A DNA stretch of 35,327 bases from an uncultured Rhizobiaceae bacterium (GCA_964530575.1 CAZHAN010000001.1:1-35327); one strand, 5' to 3'. Shown: positions 19,620 through 30,290, counted from the stretch's first letter. Program-made: numbers and translations. The notes: generated by a model from the sequence alone, not told the origin.

Positions 19620-20491
19620 TGATTAACAGACTATTTATTTTTGGTATTGGTTATTCAGCGCTCGAATTAGCAAAATACCTTTTGTTAAATGGCTGGGATG
19701 TTGGAGGTTCTTGCAGAAACCAGAAAAAATGTAATCAAATGATTGATGTTGGTATTGATGCTAAAGTATTTGATCGAGATAATCCTCTTGTACACCCTCA
19801 AGACATTCTTTCTGGTTACAGTCACATTCTCACCACAGTACCTCCTGATGATACAGGGGATCCTGTATTCGATATCCATGCGAATCATCTTAATAAAATT
19901 TCTTCATTAAAATGGTTTGGTTATATTTCCACAACCAGTGTTTATGGTAATCATGCTGGGAATTGGGTGGATGAAGAATCGTTAGTAAAGCCTTCCGGAG
20001 AGCGAGGGAAAAAAAGATTGTTAGCTGAAAATAATTGGCATTCACTTATGTCAACTTCTTTTCCTGTTCACATATTTAGAGTTTCAGGAATTTATGGGCC
20101 TAATAGAAACCCATTTAAGAAGATTCTTGCAGGGAATGCTTATAGAGTTGATAACCCAAATCATCTTTTTTCACGAATTCATGTGAGAGATTTTTCTCAA
20201 GTTTTGTATTTATCAATGTTAAGTCCTAATCCAGGAAGAATCTACAATGTTTGTGATAATGAGCCAGCAACATCATCTGACGTAATTGAATATGCAGCCA
20301 GACTTCTTGGAGTTGACCCCCCTCCTCTAAGTGCACTAGATGATATTGAGATGTCTGAAATGGCCAAATCTTTTTATTCAGATTCGAAAAAAATTAGAAA
20401 TAATAGAATAAAAGATGAACTTGGAATTGTTCTTAAGTTTCCTAATTACAGGGAGGGTCTTGATTCAATTCTAGAAGAAATAGAAAATTAA
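19619..20491 (+). CDS. YeeZ-like NAD(P)-binding SDR/epimerase family protein
   Basis: Contains IFGIGYSALELAKYL, STTSVYG, GIYGPNRNP and IYNVCDNEP; the pattern matches E. coli YeeZ as I recall it. The ATG at 19619 overlaps the queG TAA (TAATG). Confidence 0.8.
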   Translation: MINRLFIFGIGYSALELAKYLLLNGWDVGGSCRNQKKCNQMIDVGIDAKVFDRDNPLVHPQDILSGYSHILTTVPPDDTGDPVFDIHANHLNKISSLKWFGYISTTSVYGNHAGNWVDEESLVKPSGERGKKRLLAENNWHSLMSTSFPVHIFRVSGIYGPNRNPFKKILAGNAYRVDNPNHLFSRIHVRDFSQVLYLSMLSPNPGRIYNVCDNEPATSSDVIEYAARLLGVDPPPLSALDDIEMSEMAKSFYSDSKKIRNNRIKDELGIVLKFPNYREGLDSILEEIEN

Positions 20492-20501
20492 AATAAATTT
20501 C

Positions 20502-21254
20502 TTAATCAATTAGATCCCGTATTGCATCAAGTAAGATTTTAATTTCTTCAATCCTTGATAATCTGTGATGCCCTCCTTTAATAAGATTAAGAGTAATATT
20601 ATCACTTGTTATTTGTTGCATTAATTTTACAGAAGTTTCCCACGGAACTGTTCTGTCATCAGTTCCGTGAATTAATCGTACGGGAACATTTATTGGTATT
20701 TGATCATGTAAAATTAAATGTTTTCGACCATCCTCTATCAAGTCAAGTGTAATTACAGTTTCAATTCCTTCTTCATTGGAAGGTTGACGCCAAATCTTGT
20801 TTTTTTGAAGATAAGATCTTTCCGCGTTACTGGCATTTTTCCAGATTAAATTTTCAGTAAAGTCTGGGGCTGAGGATATTCCAATGAGGCCGGTGATTCT
20901 ATTTGGTCTTAGAAGTGCTAAATGAATCATTATCCAGGCCCCCATACTGGATCCAACAATTATTTGTGGTCCTTTAGTAACACAGTCAAGAATTGAAATT
21001 GCGTCCTCGATCCAGTCAGAAATAGTTAGTCTCTCTATATTACCACTTGATTTTCCGTGGCCTAAATAATCAAAGCAGACAAAGCCATAATTATTTTCAC
21101 TGCACCATTTGCTTAACATATTAGCTTTTGTTCCAGTCATATCTGAACGATATCCAGAACAAAATAGAATCCCAGGTGAATTGCCTGAAATAACATGATA
21201 GGCGATAGTATCGCTATTATTTCGATTCAGTAATTTATGTTGAGAAGACGTCAT
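20502..21254 (-). CDS. alpha/beta hydrolase
   Basis: 250 aa with nucleophile elbow GSSMGAW, plus later GTDDRTV and GGHH, consistent with a Ser-Asp-His triad. Confidence 0.8.
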   Translation of the reverse strand: MTSSQHKLLNRNNSDTIAYHVISGNSPGILFCSGYRSDMTGTKANMLSKWCSENNYGFVCFDYLGHGKSSGNIERLTISDWIEDAISILDCVTKGPQIIVGSSMGAWIMIHLALLRPNRITGLIGISSAPDFTENLIWKNASNAERSYLQKNKIWRQPSNEEGIETVITLDLIEDGRKHLILHDQIPINVPVRLIHGTDDRTVPWETSVKLMQQITSDNITLNLIKGGHHRLSRIEEIKILLDAIRDLID

Positions 21255-21305
21255 TGAAAGGTTCTAATATGGGTTATAAAATTCATCATAGCACTGTTGT
21301 TCAAT

Positions 21306-22448
21306 ATGGCCAATAATCTGCCAGCAATTCTTCAGGTTCTTCCTTCACTTTACTCAGGCGGTGTAGAGAGAGGGACTGTTGATATTGCTGAGGCAATTAA
21401 ATCACAAGGATGGATGTCGATAGTTGCATCAGGCGGGGGTCCTATTGCCAATGAAGTATTAAGAGTTGGGGCTATGCATATTAAACTTGGCCTTAATACT
21501 CGAAATCCATTTTTATATTGGCGAAATAGTAATGCATTAGTTGATCTCATTCGTGAAAAAAATGTGAAGATCATTCACGCTCGTAGTCGCGCTCCTGCTT
21601 GGGGTGCTCTTAGAGCAGCAAAAATTACTGGAATTCCTTTAGTTACAACATTTCATGGAACGTATGGAACTGAAAATGCATTAAAACGATGGTATAATTC
21701 TGTGATGTTGCGAGGAGACAAAGTGATTGCTATCTCTAATTTTATAGCCAAACATATTGAAGAAAATTATCAAAATTTTGATTCATCAAAATTAATTATT
21801 ATTCCTAGAGGAGTGGATTTAGTAGCGTTTGATCCGTCTTCAATTGCGAGTTCTCGGATTATCCAATTATCTCAGAAGTGGAGAATTCCTGATGGCATTC
21901 CAATTATAATGTTTCCTGCACGTTTTGCTCGTTGGAAAGGCCATCAAATACTTTTAGATGCCTTAGCAAAAATGAAAATTAAAGATTTTCTTTGCTTAAT
22001 TATCGGCCGTAATGATAATCATTACTCATATTTTCGGCAACTTGAAAAGCTTGTTGATAAATTAAATCTTGAAACAAAAGTACGATTTATAAATCATGAA
22101 TCAGATATGCCTGCGGCCTATATGCTTGCAGATGTTGTTGTCTCTGCCTCAACTAATCCAGAGGCCTTTGGTAGGGTTTCTGCTGAGGCACAAGCAATGG
22201 GAAGGCCAGTGATTGCCAGTGATCATGGTGGTTCAAAAGAGACTATAGTTTCAGGTAAAACCGGTTGGCTTATTAAACCTGGAGATGATGTAAGTCTTGC
22301 TTCTGCGCTAGATGAAGCTTTAGGGTTAGATAGGTGGAAAAGAGAAATTATGGCTGCTCGAGCTACTAAACATATATTTAATAACTTTAATCTCACGAAG
22401 ATGAGGCAGGATACGATTGAAGTTTATCGCGATTTGATAAAAGATTAG
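21306..22448 (+). CDS. glycosyltransferase family 4 (LPS core-type)
   Basis: GT-B fold with the EX7E-like region EAFGRVSAEAQAMGRPVIAS. I prefer the ATG at 21306 over the TTG at 21297. Confidence 0.85.
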   Translation: MANNLPAILQVLPSLYSGGVERGTVDIAEAIKSQGWMSIVASGGGPIANEVLRVGAMHIKLGLNTRNPFLYWRNSNALVDLIREKNVKIIHARSRAPAWGALRAAKITGIPLVTTFHGTYGTENALKRWYNSVMLRGDKVIAISNFIAKHIEENYQNFDSSKLIIIPRGVDLVAFDPSSIASSRIIQLSQKWRIPDGIPIIMFPARFARWKGHQILLDALAKMKIKDFLCLIIGRNDNHYSYFRQLEKLVDKLNLETKVRFINHESDMPAAYMLADVVVSASTNPEAFGRVSAEAQAMGRPVIASDHGGSKETIVSGKTGWLIKPGDDVSLASALDEALGLDRWKREIMAARATKHIFNNFNLTKMRQDTIEVYRDLIKD

Positions 22449-22459
22449 ATCATTCAACG

Positions 22460-23413
22460 ATGACGGAAAAAAATAATTTCCAGAGGAAAATTCTTGTTAT
22501 CAAGCATGGTGCCTTAGGTGATTTTATACTAGCAACCGGTCCAATGACAGCTATTCGACATCATCACAATAACGATCATATAGTGCTCTTAACTACCTCT
22601 ATGTTGAAAAATTTTGCGGATGAAAGTAAATTTTTTGACGAAATCTGGATCGATGATCGCCCAAAGATCTTTAATATTATTAATTGGCTTAAGTTAATAA
22701 TAAAATTTAGATCCAGTAAGTTTGATTGGGTTTATGATTTGCAAACCTCTAACCGCTCAAGTCTCTATTATTATTTATTTTCAAAACAAAAACCAAATTG
22801 GTCAGGTACAGTTCTGCGAGCCTCTCATCCGCACAAAAATATTGATAGAGTTAATATGCATACCATTGACAGGCATAGGGAACAGCTTGAAATTGCCGGT
22901 CTTACAAATATACCTAAACCAAATCTTTCTTGGGTAAGTACTAATATTGAAAAATTTAATATTATTAAACCTTATGGGGTGCTTGTCCCTGGAGGATCAT
23001 CCCATCGATCATCAAAAAGATGGCCGTCAGAATATTATGTTGAGCTTTCGCGCTGGTTTCAAACATTTGGCATTCAGCCAGTTGTTGTTGGAATTGAGGA
23101 AGATAAAAAGTTAGCAGAGCCATTGATTTCAGCTGGGGCAATGAATTTGATTGGAAAAACAAGCCTACTTGAATTGGTTGAGATTTTTAGAGATTGTTCT
23201 ATCGCAATTGGCAATGATACTGGCCCAATGCACATTGCTGGTGCTGTGGGGTGCATTGGAGCTGTCTTATTTTCTGGCGACTCTGACCCACTCCTTTGTG
23301 CCCCAAAAGGGAGCTTAATTACCTTGCAACGCATGAATTTATCCGATTTATCAGCTGATGAAGTTAAAGGTGCGATAAGAGAGAATTATGGTTCTTTTGA
23401 TCTCACAACTTGA
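22460..23413 (+). CDS. glycosyltransferase family 9 (heptosyltransferase-like)
   Basis: 317 aa with ILVIKHGALGDFILATGP at the N-terminus and GNDTGPMHIA. Confidence 0.85.
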   Translation: MTEKNNFQRKILVIKHGALGDFILATGPMTAIRHHHNNDHIVLLTTSMLKNFADESKFFDEIWIDDRPKIFNIINWLKLIIKFRSSKFDWVYDLQTSNRSSLYYYLFSKQKPNWSGTVLRASHPHKNIDRVNMHTIDRHREQLEIAGLTNIPKPNLSWVSTNIEKFNIIKPYGVLVPGGSSHRSSKRWPSEYYVELSRWFQTFGIQPVVVGIEEDKKLAEPLISAGAMNLIGKTSLLELVEIFRDCSIAIGNDTGPMHIAGAVGCIGAVLFSGDSDPLLCAPKGSLITLQRMNLSDLSADEVKGAIRENYGSFDLTT

Positions 23414-23477
23414 CACTAAAACTAAACTACGTAATTTCCTTAAATGATTTAACAGAATATCTTTCATAGGTAAGATC

Positions 23478-25397
23478 TTGGTTTCGATTACACTTCCAGA
23501 TGATACAATTCGGATCTACGAGCATCCTGTAACTGGCGCGCAAATTGCTGATGATATTGGGCCAAGCTTAGCCCGAGCAGCTATTGCTATTCTGGTGGAT
23601 GGGGAGCTTCGTGATTTATCAAGATCAATAGAATCTGATTCTAGGGTTTCTTTAATAACCTCAAAAGATGATGATGAAATTATACTTGATCTGTTGCGTC
23701 ATGATGCAGCCCACGTTATGGCTGAAGCAGTTCAAGAATTATATCCCAACACTCAAGTAACAATTGGACCAAATATCCAAGATGGATTCTATTATGATTT
23801 TTCTCGAGAAGAGCCATTCTCTTCAGAGGATCTTGAACTAATTGAAAAACGAATGATTGAGATTGTTAAGCGGGATGAAAAGATTGAACGTGAAGTATGG
23901 GATCGGAATCAGGCAATTAAGTTCTTTAGAGAAAAGGGAGAGCAATATAAAGCTGAAATAATAAGCGATCTTCCTAGCGATGAGATAATCACTCTATATA
24001 GGCAGGGACAATTTATAGATCTTTGTAGAGGCCCGCACTTGCCTTCTACTGGGAAGTTAGGGACAGCTTTTAAACTTATGAAAGTTTCGGGAGCTTATTG
24101 GCGTGGTGATTCGCAGAATGAAATGCTGCAACGTATTTATGGAACCGCTTGGCGCAATCAAAAAGAACTTTCTGCCTACCTCAATCGTCTTGAAGAGGCA
24201 GAAAAGCGAGATCATCGAAGAATTGGTCGCGAAATGGATCTCTTCCACTTTCAAGAAGAAGCCGCGGGAATGCCATTTTGGCATCCAAAAGGTTGGACAA
24301 TATATAGGATACTTGAAGACTACATTCGGCAAAGGTTAAGCAATTCTGGTTATGTTGAGATTCGTACCCCACAATTAATAGACCGAACGTTGTGGGAATC
24401 ATCGGGGCATTGGGAAAAATTTGGAAAGCATATGTATACCACTGAATCGGATGAACGAACCTTTGCTCTTAAGCCAATGAATTGTCCTGGGCATGTACAA
24501 GTTTATAAACAAGGCATCAAGAGTTACAGAGATCTTCCCTTGCGTCTTGCTGAGTTTGGTTCCTGTCATCGTTATGAACCATCGGGCGCGTTGCACGGAT
24601 TAATGCGTGTTCGTCAATTCACTCAAGACGATGCGCATATTTTTTGTACAGAAGATCAAATTACTCCAGAGACGACGGCCTTCTGCGATCTTCTTCTTGA
24701 AGTCTATAAAGACTTTGGCTTTATAGACGTTAAGGTTAAGTTTGCTGATCGTCCTGAGGTGCGTGCAGGTAGCGATGATGTTTGGGATAAAGCCGAAAAA
24801 GCTTTGAAGTCTGCAGTAGAAACAACTGGACTAGATATAGAATATAACCCTGGCGAAGGTGCCTTTTATGGACCAAAACTTGAGTTTGTACTAACTGATG
24901 CAATTGGTAGAGATTGGCAGTGTGGGACATTACAGGTTGATTTTGTTTTACCTGAAAGGCTTGGAGCGAATTTTTTCAATGAGAATGGGGAAAAATGCCA
25001 ACCTGTTATGCTACATCGGGCTATATTGGGCTCTCTTGAAAGATTTACTGGTATTTTAATTGAGCATTATTCTGGCAAACTCCCTTTTTGGCTTGCTCCA
25101 ACCCAAGTAGTTGTTGCCACAATAACTCAGGAGGGTGATAAATACGCAAATCAGGTAGTCCAAAAGCTGGAGGAGGTTGGCATTAGAGTTTTAAAAGACC
25201 TGAGTAATGAGAAAATTAATTATAAGATAAGGGCGCATTCAATTTCTAAAGTGCCAGCTATAATAGTCGTAGGGAAACGTGAGGCAGATGAAGGTACGGT
25301 TTCGGTTCGTTGGCTAGGATCAAATGATCAGGAATCCCTTGCCTTGTCTGAGGCTGTAGCTAGACTTAGTTTTAATGCGATGATGCCAGGGGGGTAG
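23478..25397 (+). CDS. thrS: threonine--tRNA ligase
   Basis: 639 aa with an N-terminal TGS domain (ITLPDDTIR) and the class II core [33 protein letters not shown] start. Confidence 0.96.
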   Translation: MVSITLPDDTIRIYEHPVTGAQIADDIGPSLARAAIAILVDGELRDLSRSIESDSRVSLITSKDDDEIILDLLRHDAAHVMAEAVQELYPNTQVTIGPNIQDGFYYDFSREEPFSSEDLELIEKRMIEIVKRDEKIEREVWDRNQAIKFFREKGEQYKAEIISDLPSDEIITLYRQGQFIDLCRGPHLPSTGKLGTAFKLMKVSGAYWRGDSQNEMLQRIYGTAWRNQKELSAYLNRLEEAEKRDHRRIGREMDLFHFQEEAAGMPFWHPKGWTIYRILEDYIRQRLSNSGYVEIRTPQLIDRTLWESSGHWEKFGKHMYTTESDERTFALKPMNCPGHVQVYKQGIKSYRDLPLRLAEFGSCHRYEPSGALHGLMRVRQFTQDDAHIFCTEDQITPETTAFCDLLLEVYKDFGFIDVKVKFADRPEVRAGSDDVWDKAEKALKSAVETTGLDIEYNPGEGAFYGPKLEFVLTDAIGRDWQCGTLQVDFVLPERLGANFFNENGEKCQPVMLHRAILGSLERFTGILIEHYSGKLPFWLAPTQVVVATITQEGDKYANQVVQKLEEVGIRVLKDLSNEKINYKIRAHSISKVPAIIVVGKREADEGTVSVRWLGSNDQESLALSEAVARLSFNAMMPGG

Positions 25398-25425
25398 TAT
25401 AGGTATTGAGCTTAATAATTTTATT

Positions 25426-25444
25426 TCGCTGTCCCCATCAGCGA
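25426..25444 (+). promoter_or_regulatory. small hairpin in the thrS-infC spacer
   Basis: TCGCTG-TCCCCAT-CAGCGA: 6-bp stem, 7-nt loop, no U-tract. It lies 13 nt upstream of the infC SD. Function unknown. Confidence 0.2.
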
Positions 25445-25467
25445 TCAACAATTTATAAGGAGAGTTT

Positions 25468-26007
25468 TTGATAATTAACAAAGGAACCACCACACCTCCG
25501 AGCCGGAAGGGCCCGCGTGTCAACGACCTTATTGCTGTAGATCAGGTCAGACTTATTGATGAAACAGGAGATAATGTAGGAGTTGTACTCACTTCTGATG
25601 CTATCCAGCGTGCTTTTGAAGCAGGTATGGATCTTGTAGAAATCTCGCCAAATGTAGATCCTCCTGTATGTAAGATACTTGATTATGGTAAATTTAAATA
25701 TGAAGAACAAAAGAAAGCAAATGTAGCCCGTAAGAGACAGAAGGTTATTGAAGTTAAGGAAATAAAAATGCGACCTGGCATAGATGTTCATGATTATGAA
25801 GTAAAAATGAGGTCTATGCAGAAATTCTTGGCTGAAGGAGATAAGGTTAAAGTTACTCTTCGTTTTCGTGGACGGGAAATGGCTCATCAGGATCGGGGTT
25901 TTGTAGTGTTAAAGAGGGTCCAAGATGATTTAGATAAAGTTTCTAAAGTAGAGCAGTTTCCCACAATTGAGGGTCGTCAAATGGTAATGGTTATTGTTCC
26001 TCGATGA
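25468..26007 (+). CDS. infC: translation initiation factor IF-3
   Basis: Contains [25 protein letters not shown] and [16 protein letters not shown]. There is no in-frame ATG near the N-terminus. Candidate starts after AAGGAGAG (25457-25464) are TTG 25468, ATA 25471 and ATT 25474. Confidence 0.93.
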   Translation: MIINKGTTTPPSRKGPRVNDLIAVDQVRLIDETGDNVGVVLTSDAIQRAFEAGMDLVEISPNVDPPVCKILDYGKFKYEEQKKANVARKRQKVIEVKEIKMRPGIDVHDYEVKMRSMQKFLAEGDKVKVTLRFRGREMAHQDRGFVVLKRVQDDLDKVSKVEQFPTIEGRQMVMVIVPR

Positions 26008-26177
26008 TGAATATTCGAAAAAAGTTAAATAGTAGGGAGAGTCTGAGATTTCCGCCCAATTGCTGTCTGATTTGAGGATTAGCTCTTCATATCATAGTAT
26101 AGAAAGCCACTATTGGTTGCGTAGGTATAAAACAGGGGCTATAAGGCGGGCTCTCAATGTTGTTAGGGCTTGATGTT
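26008..26177 (+). promoter_or_regulatory. 170-nt untranslated leader between infC and rpmI (candidate ribosomal-protein autoregulatory leader)
   Basis: This is the longest non-coding gap in the window and sits where L20-mediated control acts in other bacteria. I could identify only short possible pairings (CCGCC 26052-26056 with GGCGG 26145-26149) and three GGGCT repeats. No structure is established. Confidence 0.3.
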
Positions 26178-26375
26178 ATGTCAAAAATGAAGACTAAAAG
26201 TGGTGCTAAAAAACGGTTCAGTTTAACCGCCACAGGAAAGGTACGTGGAGGTCAGACTGGCAAGCGCCATGGAATGATTAAGCGTACTAATAAACAACTG
26301 CGCAATCAGCGAGGAACCACAATACTTTCAAGTCAAGATTCTAAAATTGTTAGAAAATTTTTACCGTATAGTTAG
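26178..26375 (+). CDS. rpmI: 50S ribosomal protein L35
   Basis: [22 protein letters not shown]... matches the canonical L35 N-terminus. The track ORF start at 26157 is probably too far upstream. Confidence 0.93.
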   Translation: MSKMKTKSGAKKRFSLTATGKVRGGQTGKRHGMIKRTNKQLRNQRGTTILSSQDSKIVRKFLPYS

Positions 26376-26384
26376 GCTCTAATC

Positions 26385-26750
26385 ATGTCCCGAGTTACAA
26401 GAAGCGTTGCTAGAAATGTCCGGAAAAAGAAAATAATGGCTTTGGCCAAGGGTTTTCATGGACGCAATAGTACTACTTATCGCAATGCACAAAGAAGAGT
26501 CACTAAGGCATTACAATATGCTTACAGAGATAGGCGTACGCGTAAGCGTGATTTTCGCAGGCTGTGGATACAAAGAATTAATGCTGGCGCTCGTCTGAAT
26601 GGTTTAACTTATGGTCGGTTCATTAATGGACTTATGGTAGCTGGTGTTGAGTTAGATCGTAAAGTGCTTGCAGATCTTGCTGTAAGAGACCCAGATGCTT
26701 TTAAGGCTTTAGTTGTTCAAGCACAGTCTGCTCTTGCTGATGCAAACTAG
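26385..26750 (+). CDS. rplT: 50S ribosomal protein L20
   Basis: 121 aa, [27 protein letters not shown]...[22 protein letters not shown]. Confidence 0.96.
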   Translation: MSRVTRSVARNVRKKKIMALAKGFHGRNSTTYRNAQRRVTKALQYAYRDRRTRKRDFRRLWIQRINAGARLNGLTYGRFINGLMVAGVELDRKVLADLAVRDPDAFKALVVQAQSALADAN

Positions 26751-26779
26751 TTGTAAGGCTCCAGTCGATATTACCAGAC

Positions 26780-26808
26780 AAGGGGCCACAGCTTGGCCTC
26801 TTTTTTAT
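26780..26808 (+). terminator. rho-independent terminator after rplT
   Basis: Stem AAGGGGCCA/TGGCCTCTT (one G:U pair) with a 5-nt loop CAGCT, followed by a T-run 26801-26806. Confidence 0.7.
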
Positions 26809-26820
26809 TAGAAAATTGAG

Positions 26821-27894
26821 ATGAATGAACTTGATAAGATAGAAAAAGATTTACTTTCAAAGATTTCACAAATCACAAGCCTTGCTGAGCTTGAAAAAAT
26901 TCGAGTTTCTGCTCTTGGGAAAAAAGGCAACATATCTGTGATGATGAAAACTTTGGTGAGTCTCGGCCCTGAGGAAAGAAAGAGCTTAGGGAAAGTTTTT
27001 AATGAACTTAAATTGAAAATTGAAACGGAGCTTGAGAAACGAAAGAGGTTTATTAGCAATGCCGAGCTTAGTTCACGATTAAAGCAGGAATGGATTGATG
27101 TTACACTTCCAGTCAAACCACAAGAATCGGGCCGGATTCATCCAGTTTCACAGGTAGTAGGTGAGATAATATCTATTTTTTCCGATATGGGGTTTAGCGT
27201 TGCAGAGGGGCCAGATATTGAGGATGATTTTCATAATTTTGCAGCATTAAATATTCCTCCTGAACATCCTGCTAGACAAATGCATGATACATTTTATTTA
27301 TCACCTCCTGAAGATGGTGATCGATTAGTGCTTCGTACACATACTTCTCCTGTACAAATTAGACATATGCAGAATGTTAAACCTCCCTATAGGATTATCG
27401 CGCCTGGTAGAGTGTTTAGATGTGATTCAGATCAAACCCACACACCCATGTTTCATCAGGTTGAGGGTTTGGTTATTGATAAGAATATTCATATGGGGCA
27501 TTTAAAAGGTTGTCTTGAAGATTTTGTTCGGACTATTTTTAATATTGAGAATCTTACATTTAGATTTCGTCCAAGCTATTTTCCGTTTACTGAGCCATCT
27601 GTCGAGATGGATATTTGTTGTTCTCGGGATAAAGGGAATATTCGGATAGGTGAAGGAAGGGATTGGTTGGAAATTTTAGGCTGTGGAATGGTTCACTCCA
27701 GAGTTCTGCAGTCAGTAGGGGTTGATCCAAATGAATGGCAGGGATTTGCATTTGGGCTTGGTATAGATCGAATAGCTATGCTTAAATATGGAATTCCAGA
27801 TCTCAGAGCGTTCTTTGAGTCTGATGTTAGGTGGCTTCAGCATTATGGGTTCAGACCTTTCCATATCCCTAACTTGGTTAGTAGGGCTACGTGA
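26821..27894 (+). CDS. pheS: phenylalanine--tRNA ligase alpha subunit
   Basis: 357 aa with class II motifs HPARQMHDTFY and FRCDSDQTHTPMFHQVEG. Confidence 0.96.
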   Translation: MNELDKIEKDLLSKISQITSLAELEKIRVSALGKKGNISVMMKTLVSLGPEERKSLGKVFNELKLKIETELEKRKRFISNAELSSRLKQEWIDVTLPVKPQESGRIHPVSQVVGEIISIFSDMGFSVAEGPDIEDDFHNFAALNIPPEHPARQMHDTFYLSPPEDGDRLVLRTHTSPVQIRHMQNVKPPYRIIAPGRVFRCDSDQTHTPMFHQVEGLVIDKNIHMGHLKGCLEDFVRTIFNIENLTFRFRPSYFPFTEPSVEMDICCSRDKGNIRIGEGRDWLEILGCGMVHSRVLQSVGVDPNEWQGFAFGLGIDRIAMLKYGIPDLRAFFESDVRWLQHYGFRPFHIPNLVSRAT

Positions 27895-30290
27895 AGTTTA
27901 CATTAGGCTGGCTCAAAGATTTTCTTGAAACTGATTTAGGGATTGATGAAATTTCTAATCAGCTTACATCTCTCGGGCTAGAGGTGGAATCAGTTAGTGA
28001 TTTTTCAAAAGACTTAGAATCTTTTTCTGTTGCCTTAGTTAAGGAAACACAGCCTCATCCTGATGCAGATCGTTTGCAGGTATGTAAATTAGAGACTGAG
28101 CATGGTGAGGTAGAAGTTGTATGTGGAGCTCCTAATGCCAGAAAAGATTTAAAAGGTATTTTTGCTCCATTGGGATCTTATATACCTGGTTCAGATCTGA
28201 TTCTTAAGAAAACTAAAATAAGAGGGGTAGAATCAATAGGAATGTTGCTTTCAGAACGGGAGTTAGGAATATCTGATGAGCACGATAGTATTATTGAGGT
28301 TTCTGACAATTATAAAATAGGTACTCCAGCTGCAAAAGCTATGAGACTTGATGATCCAGTGATAGAAATTGCGATCACACCAAACCGTCAGGACTGCTTA
28401 GCAATTTCTGGTATTGCACGAGATCTATCAGCTGCAGGTTTAGGTAAATTTAAATCTCAAAATATTAAAACTGTTAAAGGAAAATTTAAAAGTCCTGTAT
28501 CGGTTAATCTATCCTCTAAATCTATCAGTCCTTCTCCATGCCCTCTTTTTGCAGGCAGGTATGTTAGGGGGATCAAGAATGTTCCTTCTCCAGATTGGAT
28601 GCAGGCTCGACTTCGTGCAATAGGATTAAGACCTATCTCAGCACTCGTTGATATAACAAATTATATGACCTTCACTTTTGGTAGGCCTCTTCATGTGTTT
28701 GATGCAGACAAAATTTCAGGAGATATTGATGTTCGTCTTTCGAATCCGGGCGAAAAACTTCAAGCGCTCGATGGTAATGAATATTTGTTTGATGAAAGTG
28801 CGACAGTTATAACTGATGATAATAAAGTTTTGGGGTTAGGGGGCATAATAGGAGGTCTGAATTCAGGTTGTACAGAAAATACTAAAAATGTTTTTATTGA
28901 ATCAGCTCTCTTTGATCCTGTCCGTACTGCAATTACAGGACGTAAGTTCCAAATTGAATCTGATGCTCGTTATAGATTTGAGCGAGGGATAGATCCAGAA
29001 TTTACGATTCCAGGCATTGAAGAAGCTACAAGGTTAGTCCTTGAATTATGTGGTGGCGAAGCGAGTGATCTAGTTATTTCTGGTGAGATACCGCAATGGA
29101 AAAATAAAATTAAATTTGATTTTAATAAAATAAGATTATTGGGTGGAATAGAAATTGAAAGAGTGAATGTTCTGAGAATATTAAAGGATTTAGAGTTTGG
29201 TGTTGATGAGAATAATAACATTCTGAATATTATACCACCCTCTTGGAGGTCTGATATAGATGGAGAGGCTGATATAGTTGAAGAAATCATTAGGGTTCAT
29301 GGCTTAGATGCCATTCCATCAATTTCATTACCTGTTGAGAATAGTTCAACAAAAAAGATTTTAGAATCTAGTTTAAACCACCTTGATTCATCCCGAAGAC
29401 TCTTAGCATCACGAGGTTTTTTAGAAACAGTAACATGGTCATTCACTTCATCAAGATTAGCGGAATTATTTGGTGGTGGAGGTGAAGGTTTAAAATTAGA
29501 AAATCCCATTTCTTCAGAGCTAGATATTATGCGCCCTAGTTCTTTTCCAAACTTAATTTCTGCAATTAAACGAAATATAGATCGTGGCGCTAGTGAACTT
29601 GCATTATTTGAAGTTGGCCCCTCGTATTCATCCACTACTCCTGAAGGACAAGCTTATTCAGCTGTAGCAGTTAGACAAGGTAATTTGTCTCCCAGACATT
29701 GGTCTGATGTTAGTAAGCCTGTAGATGCAATTGACTCAAAGGCAGATGCACTTTCAATTCTTCAGGCTTGTGGTGTGAACCTTGATTCAATCAATATTGA
29801 GGTTGTAGGACCTCCTTGGTTTCATCCAGGTCGTTCAGGTAAAATTAAACAAGGTCCCCATACTACCTTGGCAGTATTTGGTGAATTGCATCCAGCAATC
29901 CTCACTGAGTTAGATATTAATAGTTCTGTAGTTGGATGTGAGGTATTTCTTAATGAAATTAAATTAAGAAAGAAGAAGGGTGATTCTAGAGGAACTTTGG
30001 ATGCTCCAAGCTTGTTACCATTAGATAGAGATTTTTCATTTATAGTGGATTCAGATGTATTGGCAATTCAGATAGTTGAAGCTGCAGAGAAAGCAGATCA
30101 ACTTATTGTTGGAGTGAATATTTTCGATGTCTTCGATGGAAAAGGGATACCAGAGGGTCAAAAATCGGTTGCAATAAGTGTAAAATTACAACCCAGGGAG
30201 CATACTCTTACTGATGAACAGATAGATAAAATCTCTGAAAGAATTATATCTTCAGTTAATAAATTAACAGGTGGGGTTCTTCGAGGCTGA
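27891..30290 (+). CDS. pheT: phenylalanine--tRNA ligase beta subunit
   Basis: 799 aa with an N-terminal tRNA-binding domain (HPDADRLQVCKLE), B3/4 and B5 regions. Its GTG start overlaps the pheS TGA (GTGA). Confidence 0.96.
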   Translation: MKFTLGWLKDFLETDLGIDEISNQLTSLGLEVESVSDFSKDLESFSVALVKETQPHPDADRLQVCKLETEHGEVEVVCGAPNARKDLKGIFAPLGSYIPGSDLILKKTKIRGVESIGMLLSERELGISDEHDSIIEVSDNYKIGTPAAKAMRLDDPVIEIAITPNRQDCLAISGIARDLSAAGLGKFKSQNIKTVKGKFKSPVSVNLSSKSISPSPCPLFAGRYVRGIKNVPSPDWMQARLRAIGLRPISALVDITNYMTFTFGRPLHVFDADKISGDIDVRLSNPGEKLQALDGNEYLFDESATVITDDNKVLGLGGIIGGLNSGCTENTKNVFIESALFDPVRTAITGRKFQIESDARYRFERGIDPEFTIPGIEEATRLVLELCGGEASDLVISGEIPQWKNKIKFDFNKIRLLGGIEIERVNVLRILKDLEFGVDENNNILNIIPPSWRSDIDGEADIVEEIIRVHGLDAIPSISLPVENSSTKKILESSLNHLDSSRRLLASRGFLETVTWSFTSSRLAELFGGGGEGLKLENPISSELDIMRPSSFPNLISAIKRNIDRGASELALFEVGPSYSSTTPEGQAYSAVAVRQGNLSPRHWSDVSKPVDAIDSKADALSILQACGVNLDSINIEVVGPPWFHPGRSGKIKQGPHTTLAVFGELHPAILTELDINSSVVGCEVFLNEIKLRKKKGDSRGTLDAPSLLPLDRDFSFIVDSDVLAIQIVEAAEKADQLIVGVNIFDVFDGKGIPEGQKSVAISVKLQPREHTLTDEQIDKISERIISSVNKLTGGVLRG

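Noticed and set aside
25453-25887. 144-aa antisense ORF covering most of infC
   Set aside because: It lies opposite a highly conserved gene. The translation is low-complexity (Phe/Ile/Tyr/Asn-rich), as expected from reading AT-rich coding DNA backwards.
28970-29635. Two antisense ORFs (106 and 112 aa) inside pheT
   Set aside because: These are shadow ORFs opposite a full-length, motif-supported pheT.
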